Shown: positions 49,664-60,398 of the stretch, piece by piece
Layout of the letters: the number at the start of each line of letters is the position of its first letter
Position numbering within the stretch: the first letter of the stretch is position 1
From: an uncultured virus (IMG/VR IMGVR_UViG_3300032294_003095)
Lineage: Duplodnaviria > Heunggongvirae > Uroviricota > Caudoviricetes
Reading direction: 5' to 3' (one strand)
Length of the DNA stretch: 64,000 bases
Virus record (IMG/VR): IMGVR_UViG_3300032294_003095
Program-made: the position numbers and the translations under genes
The notes under the pieces: model-generated
The model's database searches: none
Told to the model about the DNA's origin: nothing
The model's input: only the letters and a program-made list of their open reading frames with translations

Positions 49664-50713
49664 ATGAATATAAATATTAACAGGGATGATTCTAATATCA
49701 ATGATTTTTTGATTATTTTTGAACACCTTAAAAATCGACCTAATAGAGTAGTTTTGAATGAAACCCTATCAGGTAGAGACTTTGAGGAGATTTTTAAAGA
49801 TATTTATAAAAAAGATGAAATAAATTCAAATTATCTTACTGAGCTAAATCCAAAAGATGATGGATACATTATTAATAGAAAGGCTCTAAGGCAAATAGGT
49901 GAGAAGATTTGGATTTCATTCGTAGAAATAAACAAATTCTCTGATGATTACTTGATTAATGACATCTGCTTTTACTATGAAGATGTTAATGATGAATTAA
50001 CAATAAATGAGATAATTGACAAATTATCAGATTGTGTTGTCGACTACACTGAAGATAGTATATCGAAAGTGAATAGCCTTACAGTAGTAAATAATAATTT
50101 GGACTTATCTCCAGTGATATTTGATCATGAGATAGATAATGATTTATTTTATAATAGTAAAACACTAAAGTCTGTAGAGAAGTCAATAAAAAGAGTTAAA
50201 AAGGCAAAAAAAGGATTAACAATATTTCATGGAGAAAGAGGTTTAGGTAAAACTAGTATTGCTAAATACTTCTGTTCAAAAATAGATAGAATGAGTATCT
50301 TCATACCTAATAACTTAGTAGAGCAGTCAATAAATAATCCCGATTTTAAAAACTTTTTAAAGAAATATGAAAAGTGTCTACTTATAATAGATGACTGTGA
50401 ATTTCTGTACACCTTTGGTAAGAACAATTATTTTACGAGCTCAATACTTCAATTAGTAGATGGTTTCTATTCAGATGAAATTGATGTGCAAATATTATTG
50501 ATATATAACAATTCTAAAGAGGATATAGATGAGTATCTATTGGAATGTAATAATTTAATAGATATAATTGAATTTGATTATTTATCACCTAAATTGGCTA
50601 CTGAATTATCCGAGTCTATTGGTATAAATAAAAAGTTCAAAGATGAAGCTAAATTAGTAGATGTTTTAAACTCTAAGAATTTAAAATCAAAAAATACTAT
50701 AGGATTAAAATAA
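49664..50713 (+). CDS. AAA+ ATPase
   Basis: GERGLGKT, LLIIDDCE, ILQLVDG. Confidence 0.8.
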   Translation: MNININRDDSNINDFLIIFEHLKNRPNRVVLNETLSGRDFEEIFKDIYKKDEINSNYLTELNPKDDGYIINRKALRQIGEKIWISFVEINKFSDDYLINDICFYYEDVNDELTINEIIDKLSDCVVDYTEDSISKVNSLTVVNNNLDLSPVIFDHEIDNDLFYNSKTLKSVEKSIKRVKKAKKGLTIFHGERGLGKTSIAKYFCSKIDRMSIFIPNNLVEQSINNPDFKNFLKKYEKCLLIIDDCEFLYTFGKNNYFTSSILQLVDGFYSDEIDVQILLIYNNSKEDIDEYLLECNNLIDIIEFDYLSPKLATELSESIGINKKFKDEAKLVDVLNSKNLKSKNTIGLK

Positions 50714-50722
50714 AAATGGATT

Positions 50723-51052
50723 ATGATATCAGAGTTAAAAGATGATGAAATATTAGAAATACTTATGACATCGGATTTTGTAGAAAATCTTAGACCAGAA
50801 GATTATAAATATCTAATTCTAAAATTTAGACTTTTTTATAAAATACTACACGGTAAATTTCAAAGATACAAAACAGAAAACGAAAAAATAGTAAGTGATA
50901 GTAAGATAAGTATTGAGGGATTAAATAATGAAATATTCAGATTACAAACACATTCTGCCGATCTTGAAAATGATCTATTAGAATTTCAAAAACCTCGAAA
51001 GTTAACGATAAAAGAAAGAATAAAGGGAGAAATTGAATACAAAAGAAGATAG
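50723..51052 (+). CDS. Coiled-coil hypothetical protein
   Basis: ORF only. Confidence 0.55.
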   Translation: MISELKDDEILEILMTSDFVENLRPEDYKYLILKFRLFYKILHGKFQRYKTENEKIVSDSKISIEGLNNEIFRLQTHSADLENDLLEFQKPRKLTIKERIKGEIEYKRR

Positions 51053-51102
51053 TTTTAAAAGGTGATAACTCTAAAATAATATATACTAAAAAAAATCTTT
51101 TT

Positions 51103-51318
51103 ATGGAGTACATCGATAAATATGATCAACTTTTAAAGTTATTGACAGAAGAAGTTGAGATAGATGGCAAAAAATATTTACTTAAAGAAGAATTTGATAA
51201 GTTCTTTGTAAAGGGAAATAAAACTGCCGCTACTAGAATCAGAAAGTTTATGCAGGAGATTAAGAAAAAATCTCAAGAAATTAGAGATGATGTTCAAAAT
51301 TATAGAAAATCAATCTAA
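51103..51318 (+). CDS. Histone H1-like (Hc1-family) DNA-binding protein
   Basis: KF..KGNKTAATRIRK.MQEIK....IR motif. Confidence 0.7.
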   Translation: MEYIDKYDQLLKLLTEEVEIDGKKYLLKEEFDKFFVKGNKTAATRIRKFMQEIKKKSQEIRDDVQNYRKSI

Positions 51319-51324
51319 AAAATT

Positions 51325-51352
51325 AAAAGTCAGAGTTATCTCTGACTTTTTT
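51325..51352 (+). terminator. Intrinsic terminator
   Basis: AAAAGTCAGAG-ttat-CTCTGACTTTT. Confidence 0.8.
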
Positions 51353-51369
51353 GTTTTAATATATACTCT

Positions 51370-51795
51370 GTGAGAAAATTTTCAAAAATAAACGAATCGT
51401 CTAAGTTTAATAGAAATGATATTGATAAAGTTAATGATATTTTATCTGACTTTAAAGATGAGTCTAAATTTAATATCAGAATAGATTGGATGGGAACAAA
51501 TAGATTGACATATGGTAAAGAGATACCAGAATATGTAAATGATTTCAATTGGGTTCAAATTGCTATTTACTATAAAAATAATTCAAACTCTGATGACTTC
51601 TTACAAGAATTTAATTTTTTTAATGAAAATATACAGAATGTGATTTCACATTTAGAATCAATAGGTAAAGTTTTTTTTAAGATAAATATTGAACATGATA
51701 GAGAATATTTAAATGAAAGAGACAAAGTGGATAGATTTACTTATAAAAACTGCCATGTCGATTTACAATCAATAATAAAAGTATTTCCAAATTAA
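51370..51795 (+). CDS. CTS-like protein (MRKFSKINES), GTG start
   Basis: Promoter at 51357-51365. Confidence 0.6.
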   Translation: MRKFSKINESSKFNRNDIDKVNDILSDFKDESKFNIRIDWMGTNRLTYGKEIPEYVNDFNWVQIAIYYKNNSNSDDFLQEFNFFNENIQNVISHLESIGKVFFKINIEHDREYLNERDKVDRFTYKNCHVDLQSIIKVFPN

Positions 51796-51806
51796 TATAT
51801 AATGAT

Positions 51807-52364
51807 ATGAAAAAATTCTCAAATATTACCGGTCAAAAAGTACCTCAGGAACCAAAAATTGAGGTTAAAATCACTGAGGCTGATATCTTTAAATCAAAAG
51901 TTATGGCACTAATGGATGACTTCCTAAGAGTTCAGATGTATGGTCCAATAACAAGATATCATGTGGCAGGTACTATGAAAGTTGCTGGTAAAGAATTATT
52001 TCTTGAAGCATTATTAGATCTACTTGATGATAAATCAAATGGTGACAAAATCAAAATGTTAGAATCACTAAAGTCAAGTGTTACAAATTGGGAATATTTA
52101 GATGAAAAAATTGATGAAATAAAGTCAAAACCAAAAGGTCTTTATAAGCACAAATCGACCATTAAGTCTTTATATAATAAGTATAAATCAGATAAAGATT
52201 TACTAATAGAACAAACTAAAAAATCAGCACTAAAGCTAAAATCATCTGATGCTATCAATAGTAGATATAAGGCATGTGAGTCTCTAAAAGATGATTCTAA
52301 CTTCAATGCTGAATTAATCAGCTTAATGTCTGATGTTTATCTAAGTAGACTAAACGAAATATAA
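51807..52364 (+). CDS. Hypothetical protein (MKKFSNI...)
   Basis: Promoter at 51793-51801. Confidence 0.6.
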   Translation: MKKFSNITGQKVPQEPKIEVKITEADIFKSKVMALMDDFLRVQMYGPITRYHVAGTMKVAGKELFLEALLDLLDDKSNGDKIKMLESLKSSVTNWEYLDEKIDEIKSKPKGLYKHKSTIKSLYNKYKSDKDLLIEQTKKSALKLKSSDAINSRYKACESLKDDSNFNAELISLMSDVYLSRLNEI

Positions 52365-52970
52365 TTACTTAGTAGTAACTGATCTGAAATCAGAAAGTAT
52401 ATTATTTTTTAAATCTCTAAATTCAGTATCTAACTCCTCCCATGTCCAGATTTTAGATGATAATTTATCATAAATATAGTTAGCCTCACTAAAGTCATAT
52501 ATCCTACCAGATGTAGCAATTTGTATACCAAACATCGGTATTCTAAGACTATGAAATAGTGATTTAACTCCTATGTAGTAATCATCTTGTAGAAGTTTCT
52601 TTTTACACTTAACCCAAGAGTTTGACGATATGTGTGAGAACGAATGTCTCAATGATGGAATATTAGGTTTCCAAGCAAACTTAACACTTTCTAAAAGTCT
52701 AAATTCTTGAGGTGCAAAAAAACATTCAACTGTAGAAGAATGATGTTCTTTCAAGTTATGATAGAACTGGTCTTCAGTCATTACATGTATATTGAAATTA
52801 CCAGATCGTATTTCCTGATTAGTATTTGGCGTATTAGCAACCATTATAAAATCCCAATCGGAATCTTTATTCACAGTACCATATACTTGACTACCAAAAA
52901 CATAAATATTCTTCACACGAACAGGGTGAATTTTAGATCTTTTAATTACTTCGTCTGCGGTTGGTATCAT
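52365..52970 (-). CDS. Pol-beta-superfamily nucleotidyltransferase
   Basis: YVFGSQVYGT...DSDWDF; KSLFHSLR helical C-domain. Confidence 0.8.
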   Translation of the reverse strand: MIPTADEVIKRSKIHPVRVKNIYVFGSQVYGTVNKDSDWDFIMVANTPNTNQEIRSGNFNIHVMTEDQFYHNLKEHHSSTVECFFAPQEFRLLESVKFAWKPNIPSLRHSFSHISSNSWVKCKKKLLQDDYYIGVKSLFHSLRIPMFGIQIATSGRIYDFSEANYIYDKLSSKIWTWEELDTEFRDLKNNILSDFRSVTTK

Positions 52971-53809
52971 ATTCCTAATTCTTTAAATATATCATCTCTT
53001 TGTCTCGAAACCTCTTCAAATAGAGTATAAGTTACATATGCCTCTACACCGTTATCATCAGTTATTTTAACTTCAAGGTAACCGTTGTAATTAACTCTAC
53101 TATCAGTAACTTCATATAATCTATCAAGTGTAAATCCTTTCTTTTGTGATATACACTTAACCAATAAGCCACTTTCAATATTCATCATTGATTTCAGTCT
53201 ATGATTCAGCTCAGATATTAGTGATTTTATATTACACTTTCTTAAATCTAAATCTTTCTCTTTTGTGTAATTTATAAATTCATCTATAAAATTCTGAGTC
53301 ATTTTTAACTCTCTTGAGTAGAGATTTGGTTTTTTTAGTTTATTCAAATAAAAATAACCACCTCTTAAATATCCAACATCATAAACATCTATTCCATTTT
53401 GAATGAAATAGTTAATTATTGTAGGAATAGCAGTTTCTAATCCTGAGCAATATGATACATTACTACCCTTTGTATACCTTCTATTGACTTTATAGTCAGT
53501 GAATATTTTTATAAAATCATCACTGCTCTTTTTAAGAATTATACCTTTTGATTTACCGTAACTTAACTCAGATACTTTTTGCTTAAGATCCTTAAAAGTT
53601 ATTGTATCTTCATAGATAACTTTCTGACCACCAGTATTCACACACTGTTTTTTGAATGTTATAAATTCAACAAATGTATCGAGCCCAACATTAGAAACTG
53701 AATCTCTGTAAACAGTACCATTTTCAAAATCTTGAAGTATAGGATATTCCTGCTTTACTTCTTCTAAAAGATCAAGATTGTATTTTATAGTTTCGTATGT
53801 TAATATCAT
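52967..53809 (-). CDS. Hypothetical protein with C-terminal RDDIFKELGI tag
   Basis: Coupled (ATGA) to the nucleotidyltransferase gene. Confidence 0.6.
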   Translation of the reverse strand: MILTYETIKYNLDLLEEVKQEYPILQDFENGTVYRDSVSNVGLDTFVEFITFKKQCVNTGGQKVIYEDTITFKDLKQKVSELSYGKSKGIILKKSSDDFIKIFTDYKVNRRYTKGSNVSYCSGLETAIPTIINYFIQNGIDVYDVGYLRGGYFYLNKLKKPNLYSRELKMTQNFIDEFINYTKEKDLDLRKCNIKSLISELNHRLKSMMNIESGLLVKCISQKKGFTLDRLYEVTDSRVNYNGYLEVKITDDNGVEAYVTYTLFEEVSRQRDDIFKELGI

Positions 53810-53830
53810 AACAGTAAATATATAAAATAT

Positions 53831-55657
53831 TTACTTACGATTTATAAAACTTTCAAATTTTGCTATAATCTTCTTATTCACAGGATCTATTGTGATACCT
53901 TTATCTGACTTCATTGCCTTAGGGGCACCAGCTTTAATAAAATCATCCTTGGTAACTTGAGTTTGTCCTGTCTTTGTAACTAAATGATATGTATAACCTT
54001 CATTTGTATCTTGTCCAGTAAACTCAACACCTTTAGTATCATACTCAATAGATTTACCTTGCTCAAATAGGTCAATTTTATCTTTAAGATTATCAACAAA
54101 CTCTCTTGCTACTTTTTTCATAACATCTGTATACTTCTCAGTATCATATGCCAATTTCATAGCATCTTTGTTATATTTCAAAAATCCCCAACCTTGTATA
54201 TTTGTTATAGATGGGTGACCACCAGAGTTTCTTGTAATTAATTCCCAAGCTGATATCTTATAATTCTTTAAATTGGAAATTTGAGACTCTGTTAAATCTT
54301 CATAGACTGTATTCATATCTTTTTTAAGATCAACAGAAGATAAATCAATAATCTTTCCATTAGAGAAGATACAGTCATTATAGAAAGCTTCTAAGTCGGA
54401 GTATTTAAAACCAACGCCTACATAATCAGGACCTTCTTCTTTTTGCATTTTTTTCCAATCTTGAGATGTCTCAAATTCTTTTTTAATTGAATCTAATGAT
54501 ACTAATATTTTAGTAAGAACTGACTGATGACTTGACATAACTTCTTTAGCAATTTCACCAAGATTGATATCCTTCAATTTCTTTTCCTTAAATGGATTAC
54601 AACTCACTTGTACTAATCCAAGTGGCCAAACCATACATAGGAAATTAGAATCTGGAAAGTTTTTAAATGGAACATATCTATCATATGATCCTGGTTGAAT
54701 CATTGAACCACCACCATATTGAATAATTATTTTATTCTTCTCATCATAGTGAACTCCTTTGCCAACTTTAACACCTTTAGCTGATGTTAAAAATTGATGC
54801 TTTCTACTTGTTGGATCATATTCAGAAACATCACCTGTGTCCGGATCTTCTATGAATCTATAGTTCTTCATTCTATCAATATACTTTTGTATATTCTGCA
54901 TAAGAACTTCAGGCTTTGCAAGTACGCCAGCTTTGTCAGAAACACGAGCGGTTGTAATATAGTGTCTTAAATTATTAAACATTGAGTGTAAAGATGGATT
55001 ACAATCTAATACCATACATTCTAAGATATTCTTATTTATATGGTCTCTCTTACCATCCATACTTTTAACTGTAATTCTCTTATTCTTATAAGCTAGTAAA
55101 AGTCTATTCACAACAAACCCCATCATAAATCTGTTCTTCTCACCTGATAAATCTTTATCAAATTTAAAAATAGAATTTTGAATATCTTCCGGATTGATCT
55201 CATACTTTAAAAAGTTAGCTGAGTCAACTGTTTTAATTAGTTCAACATCTCCTGGTGTAAAAACATCAGAGTAAGATATCTCACCAGATATAATTTCAAC
55301 ATTAGATCTAGCAGGTTTAAAATAAGTACCTTCAGTATCACCAGCACCTACTTGTTTATCGTGATGGTCGGATTGTATTTTAAACATTGGCTTACCATGT
55401 GCGAAGTCAACAAGTACACAAAGATTTCCTTCTTTATGATGTTTAATTGCAAACTCTAATCCACCGTATTGTATTTGGTGAGCATCAACCGTTTTAACCT
55501 GATAATAGGTCTGTAGGAAATACTTCATAGCCAATGCTGATGTAACACCATCAAGGTCTTTATGAAAATAAATCTCCGCGGTCTTCATTGGACCGATAAT
55601 TTTTTTAATATTTCTTATTCCTACTTCTTCGTTTACGAATGAATTATAATTTTGCAT
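53831..55657 (-). CDS. DHH-family phosphoesterase-like protein
   Basis: FHKDLDG, LVDF, SDHH, VDSA, GGH; CTS-like motif at both ends. Confidence 0.75.
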   Translation of the reverse strand: MQNYNSFVNEEVGIRNIKKIIGPMKTAEIYFHKDLDGVTSALAMKYFLQTYYQVKTVDAHQIQYGGLEFAIKHHKEGNLCVLVDFAHGKPMFKIQSDHHDKQVGAGDTEGTYFKPARSNVEIISGEISYSDVFTPGDVELIKTVDSANFLKYEINPEDIQNSIFKFDKDLSGEKNRFMMGFVVNRLLLAYKNKRITVKSMDGKRDHINKNILECMVLDCNPSLHSMFNNLRHYITTARVSDKAGVLAKPEVLMQNIQKYIDRMKNYRFIEDPDTGDVSEYDPTSRKHQFLTSAKGVKVGKGVHYDEKNKIIIQYGGGSMIQPGSYDRYVPFKNFPDSNFLCMVWPLGLVQVSCNPFKEKKLKDINLGEIAKEVMSSHQSVLTKILVSLDSIKKEFETSQDWKKMQKEEGPDYVGVGFKYSDLEAFYNDCIFSNGKIIDLSSVDLKKDMNTVYEDLTESQISNLKNYKISAWELITRNSGGHPSITNIQGWGFLKYNKDAMKLAYDTEKYTDVMKKVAREFVDNLKDKIDLFEQGKSIEYDTKGVEFTGQDTNEGYTYHLVTKTGQTQVTKDDFIKAGAPKAMKSDKGITIDPVNKKIIAKFESFINRK

Positions 55658-56042
55658 ATAATTTACTATTTTTTGTATATATTAAAAATATTATTGAACT
55701 AACTTCTACATAAACTTTATGTAATTCTAAATCAAAATATTCAAGTTTAGATATTATTTCAGATTGTCTCTCTAAAAATTCATCTGAGTTTATATATTGG
55801 CCTAATGAGTATGGACTTGACTTATCTTCTGATACAAGTCTAACTTGAATATATGGTTTAAATCCTAATTTAATATCTTGATCAGTAATATTTGTATCTA
55901 CCACATTGAACTGATGTAATTTTTTACCAAAAACAATAGAAACTCTAAAATCATCAATGAAGTCACTAAATACTTCTTTAACATCATCCTTATCTAAATT
56001 CCAGATTTCTGTTCTATTTTCAAATGACTTCAAATACCTCAT
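55644..56042 (-). CDS. CTS-like protein (MRYLKSFEN)
   Basis: ORF in a late operon. Confidence 0.65.
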   Translation of the reverse strand: MRYLKSFENRTEIWNLDKDDVKEVFSDFIDDFRVSIVFGKKLHQFNVVDTNITDQDIKLGFKPYIQVRLVSEDKSSPYSLGQYINSDEFLERQSEIISKLEYFDLELHKVYVEVSSIIFLIYTKNSKLYAKL

Positions 56043-57412
56043 TTTTTATATCCTTTTATATCATCTTTATAAGACTTTTCTTGTGAGTCAAATTTGGTAT
56101 CGAAGAAATTGTCAGTAACACCAACTATTTTAGTTTCTGGTGAAATTGAAGCATATGGTCCTAAATCACCACTTCTAAATACACCACCACTCATATCACC
56201 ATTCAATACACCATTCATAAAGTAGCAATTTACCAAATGACTATTTTCGACTCTGCAGCTTAAAACTTTTGAATTTGTTATATCAGATGCTTCTATTTTA
56301 GATTTCGTAATTTGTGAATTGTTTATTTCACATCCATAAAAATTTGAAGACTCAAATATGCCCTCAATTATTCTACAATTAACATATTCGTAATTCTCTA
56401 ACATCAATGTTGCTTTTACATCAGCGTCAACTATTTCCATTTTTTGAGTAGCAGTGATATAGTTTATTATACAATCCTTTAGATCATCAGTTCCTTCTAA
56501 TAAATCATATAGCCTTTCATAGATTTTACCAAAATATGAATTAACTAGCTCATACATATGGTTTTGGTCAATTTGAATTTGAATACTTGGAAATTCAACA
56601 AGAAAATTATCATACTTAGAAAATGTTTTAAACTTACTAATATTGTGTTCGAGATAATTCTCTAACTTATCAGCATCACTTTGATCAAATCCTGTATCAA
56701 TTGAATTATAACAATCTAGAATAAATCTGTCTAAAAAGTAAACAACATTGCCGATATTTAATTCATAGTTCTGACCACCGATATATCTATATTCTAATCT
56801 TTGATTTTCTTTATTACTATTTATGTTTAGAAAATTTATACCAAAATATTTATTATCTGGTAAGAGAATATTGTTTTTTACAGAGTCAATTGGTATGTTG
56901 AAGAAATCGTATTCTTTAAAAGGTATAATATTTTTAACAGACTTGGCATAAATGTTACCTTTTCTTGTTGGATAAAATCTATAAATTTCTTCTTCATCCG
57001 TATTCAATATTAACTTTAAAACATTTAAGTCATTTAAATCTTTCTCATCTTTAAATGAGATGTTAAAGTGAATTGATGATTTATCATTTGTATATCCATA
57101 ATTTTGAATAAAATTCAAAATTTTTATTAGATAATACTTTGAATCATTATAATCCATTGGTCCGGTTACTAACTCGACCATGTTTGAACCACCAGATAAA
57201 TCAGGTTCTATTTTAAAGTTATTAGCATCTGGTCTGAAGTCTGAATGATATTGTCTAAATCCGTGTACTTTAACAGGAGATAGTTCTTTATTTAATAATT
57301 CTAGTGTTTTATAAAAAGATAGCTCTTTCATATAGAACTCGAACTCGAAACCGACTCTTGCCTTATTTAACTTCGAATATTCGTGTATAAATTTCTCAGA
57401 ATATTTTTTCAT
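56039..57412 (-). CDS. Putative amidoligase (COOH-NH2 ligase) with C-terminal beta-helix repeats
   Basis: GFEFE, IEPD.S, ELVTGP, SIHFN, KY..IN, LEYR; pentapeptide-like C-terminus. Confidence 0.7.
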   Translation of the reverse strand: MKKYSEKFIHEYSKLNKARVGFEFEFYMKELSFYKTLELLNKELSPVKVHGFRQYHSDFRPDANNFKIEPDLSGGSNMVELVTGPMDYNDSKYYLIKILNFIQNYGYTNDKSSIHFNISFKDEKDLNDLNVLKLILNTDEEEIYRFYPTRKGNIYAKSVKNIIPFKEYDFFNIPIDSVKNNILLPDNKYFGINFLNINSNKENQRLEYRYIGGQNYELNIGNVVYFLDRFILDCYNSIDTGFDQSDADKLENYLEHNISKFKTFSKYDNFLVEFPSIQIQIDQNHMYELVNSYFGKIYERLYDLLEGTDDLKDCIINYITATQKMEIVDADVKATLMLENYEYVNCRIIEGIFESSNFYGCEINNSQITKSKIEASDITNSKVLSCRVENSHLVNCYFMNGVLNGDMSGGVFRSGDLGPYASISPETKIVGVTDNFFDTKFDSQEKSYKDDIKGYKK

Positions 57413-57503
57413 AAAATTATATATTAAATTTCATCTGCATTAATCTTTAAGGAAAGAAATTCTGTAGAATATATAAAATATTAAAAAATTAAAAAAGTCA
57501 ACA

Positions 57504-57911
57504 ATGATTGATAGTAGTAAAATGACTTTCTTTTGCGTGTATTGTAAAACACGTAAAAAGTTTGATAAGTTTATAAAAGTAAATAAGATAAAGAATAAGT
57601 ATATAATCGACATAAAAAAAATTGTTGAGGAAGAAGAAGTTGACTTTAAAGGTGATAAAACATATTTAAAAATTCTAATTTTTAATAAAATACAACAAGC
57701 AATAGATAGGAAAAAAGATATCTATTATATACCAGATTTCGATAATGAATTTTCAATAGAAAAGCTTTTAAATCTTAAAAAAATCTTAGGAGAAAACGAT
57801 TTCAATGTACTCATATTCTATAATGAGTTTAGAAAAAATCAAGAGGTGATCGATGATGTTTTTTCAAATCTATCTAAATTCTCAAACTCTCAAATAATTA
57901 GAGATTACTAA
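57504..57911 (+). CDS. Hypothetical protein
   Basis: ORF only. Confidence 0.55.
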   Translation: MIDSSKMTFFCVYCKTRKKFDKFIKVNKIKNKYIIDIKKIVEEEEVDFKGDKTYLKILIFNKIQQAIDRKKDIYYIPDFDNEFSIEKLLNLKKILGENDFNVLIFYNEFRKNQEVIDDVFSNLSKFSNSQIIRDY

Positions 57912-57947
57912 GTAGATAATATATAATCAAAATATACTATCTTAGAA

Positions 57948-59912
57948 ATGGCTACCAGATACACAAAATCTCCATTAGGACTAATACCTGATAACACAGC
58001 ATCCACAATAGATGGTAAATCATCTGTCTTTTCAAATAAAAATTTTTTAAAACAGCCAGCAGCACAAAAAACTGGACTATCTAAACATCCCTTACAATTT
58101 GGATCAACTGCCGAGACTCATTCAGATGAGGTTTATAATATATCAACTCAAAACATAATTGATAAGTTAAATTCCTATGACTCTATGAGATTAAAATTTG
58201 CAGACTTTGCATATTGTAGGGATTATGGTATCTATCCAAATAATAGATTGATTATCTGTAGAAGGTTTCCAGCTCCAGTAACTGACGACTTAACATTTAA
58301 CGGTGTTAGTAAAGACTACACACAACCAATATCGACGCTAGTTAGTTGGTTTGATGATCAGAAAAACACATTGGAGTTTTCATTTGGTGAAAATTGGGAA
58401 GACTCGGACGCATCATTTAAATCATTATTAAATGACGCAGGAAAAGAGATTGGAATGAAAGGACAAAACTTCCAACTAGGTGATATTCTATTTTCAGGAT
58501 TGAATATAGTTCCTCTTCCAGGTGCAACTGAAGGTCTTCAAAGAAAGTTATTAAAACAACTTGGATTCATAGGAAGTGAAGATGAGGAAACTGAAAATAT
58601 TATACCATCAGGAACTCCAAACTTAGTGAAAGAATCTAAAAAAAGAGCCACAATAAAGGATGATACAGCAGGTTCAGGACTAAAAGGCAAATTTACCGTG
58701 AATGTTAAATGTGCTTGGGAGCAAAAATTCATATCAGGCGTAGATCCTACTTTAATATATTACGACATATTACAAACCGTTTTGTCATTTGGTGGTTCCG
58801 AGGCGGTTTTTTACTTAGGTAAAAAATCTAACTTGACGAAATTAGATCAAAAACTCGCAGAATTTTTAAAACCTGGTGGTGCATCTAAAATAGTAAAAGA
58901 AATGGTTGAGGCGTTTGCTAAAGTTATTCAAGAATTTGGAGATAAACTAAATAAAGTTATAAGAGAATTTTTTGATAGCAGTGACGCTTCTAGTGACTCA
59001 TCATTATCTGCAGAGGAACAACAGAAACAGGCAGAGGAAAGAGCTAAACAAGAAAAACAGGAAAGAGAGAATACTATTAATGAGGCAACAGCCGGTGTAT
59101 CAAACTTATTAAAAAGTTTCGCAGACACTATAATAAAAAAATATAGAGTAGCAGCTCTTGGTGTGGTAACAAGTCTTACAGGTATACCATCAACACCTTG
59201 GCATGTTACACTTGGAAATCCATTAAGACCAATTTTTTCAAGTGGTGATATGTTATGTGAAGAAGTAACAATTAATTTGGGACCACAGTTGGGATTCAAT
59301 GATTTACCTTCTTCCATAGAGGCAGAATTTAAATTAACAAGTGCTAGAAATCTTGGTATAGATGAGATAATGGAGAAATTAAGTTGCGGAGCTATTAGAA
59401 TAACTGTCGAACAACCAACATTTTGGAATAAAGTTGAGGGAGATGCCAGTCCTAATTCAGACTCTGGTACTGGTGGAAATACAACACAACTAAGTGGTCC
59501 AACCGCTTCACCACCTCCTAATAACGAGGTTAAAGAAGAAGATGCACCAGTTGTTGCAACACAATCAAGTGCTGAACAATCAAAAGTAGGTAACGAACCA
59601 TCTACTGATACTACATCTACAAATGGACAGACTATAAATCCAGATGCTAATAGTAGTGAGCCTATTTTAGGAAAAACAGAGTTACCAACATCAAGTGATG
59701 AAGAATATACTGTTAAAAGTGGTGATACAATTTGGGGAATAGCTAAAAAGAGTTTAGGACCTGATGCAACAAATGCTGAAGTTAATGCAAAAATGAAGGA
59801 AATTATTGCTAAGAATAAGAATAAAAATCCATCTGAGGCAGATGGAATAGTAAAAGCTGGTCAAAATAGTGATCCAGACTTTATTGTACCTGGTGAAAAA
59901 TTAATTATTTAA
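57948..59912 (+). CDS. Probable baseplate/tail protein with C-terminal LysM
   Basis: YTVKSGDTIWGIAK...FIVPGEKLII; late-type promoter at 57917. Confidence 0.7.
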   Translation: MATRYTKSPLGLIPDNTASTIDGKSSVFSNKNFLKQPAAQKTGLSKHPLQFGSTAETHSDEVYNISTQNIIDKLNSYDSMRLKFADFAYCRDYGIYPNNRLIICRRFPAPVTDDLTFNGVSKDYTQPISTLVSWFDDQKNTLEFSFGENWEDSDASFKSLLNDAGKEIGMKGQNFQLGDILFSGLNIVPLPGATEGLQRKLLKQLGFIGSEDEETENIIPSGTPNLVKESKKRATIKDDTAGSGLKGKFTVNVKCAWEQKFISGVDPTLIYYDILQTVLSFGGSEAVFYLGKKSNLTKLDQKLAEFLKPGGASKIVKEMVEAFAKVIQEFGDKLNKVIREFFDSSDASSDSSLSAEEQQKQAEERAKQEKQERENTINEATAGVSNLLKSFADTIIKKYRVAALGVVTSLTGIPSTPWHVTLGNPLRPIFSSGDMLCEEVTINLGPQLGFNDLPSSIEAEFKLTSARNLGIDEIMEKLSCGAIRITVEQPTFWNKVEGDASPNSDSGTGGNTTQLSGPTASPPPNNEVKEEDAPVVATQSSAEQSKVGNEPSTDTTSTNGQTINPDANSSEPILGKTELPTSSDEEYTVKSGDTIWGIAKKSLGPDATNAEVNAKMKEIIAKNKNKNPSEADGIVKAGQNSDPDFIVPGEKLII

Positions 59913-59913
59913 A

Positions 59914-60390
59914 ATGAATATAAGTGATATCAATGTTCTTAGAAGAACTGTAGTTAATGAAAATCTCTATGATTTAACAAAACTGACTTTTAAAACCACT
60001 TATCAAGGTGTTAAATATAATACCTATAAAGTTCAAAAAGGTGAAGAGATGAGAATTGATTTAATTTGTAATTCAATATATGGTAATATTGACCAGATAG
60101 ATACACTTTTGAATTTTAATGACATCAGCAATCCACTTAATATTAAAGAAGGAACTGTTATTTATTATCCAGAACCAATAAGTTTAAATAGCTTTAAAAT
60201 TAATGAAACTACAACTGAAAATGTTCAAGCTAAAATATCTACAGCTGGTAAAGCGACAACAATAGATCAAAATAGAAAAGATTATATTGAGCAAAACTAC
60301 ACACTTCCACCAACTGTATTGGATAGACCAACTGAACAAGTTGTGTTAACTGGCAATACTGTCAAAGTTGATAATTTATTTAACAAATAA
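59914..60390 (+). CDS. Baseplate wedge protein (gp53/LysM-like)
   Basis: Y.V....RIDLI...YG......L..N.I.NP..I.EG..I..P. Confidence 0.7.
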   Translation: MNISDINVLRRTVVNENLYDLTKLTFKTTYQGVKYNTYKVQKGEEMRIDLICNSIYGNIDQIDTLLNFNDISNPLNIKEGTVIYYPEPISLNSFKINETTTENVQAKISTAGKATTIDQNRKDYIEQNYTLPPTVLDRPTEQVVLTGNTVKVDNLFNK

Positions 60391-60398
60391 TCTTAATT

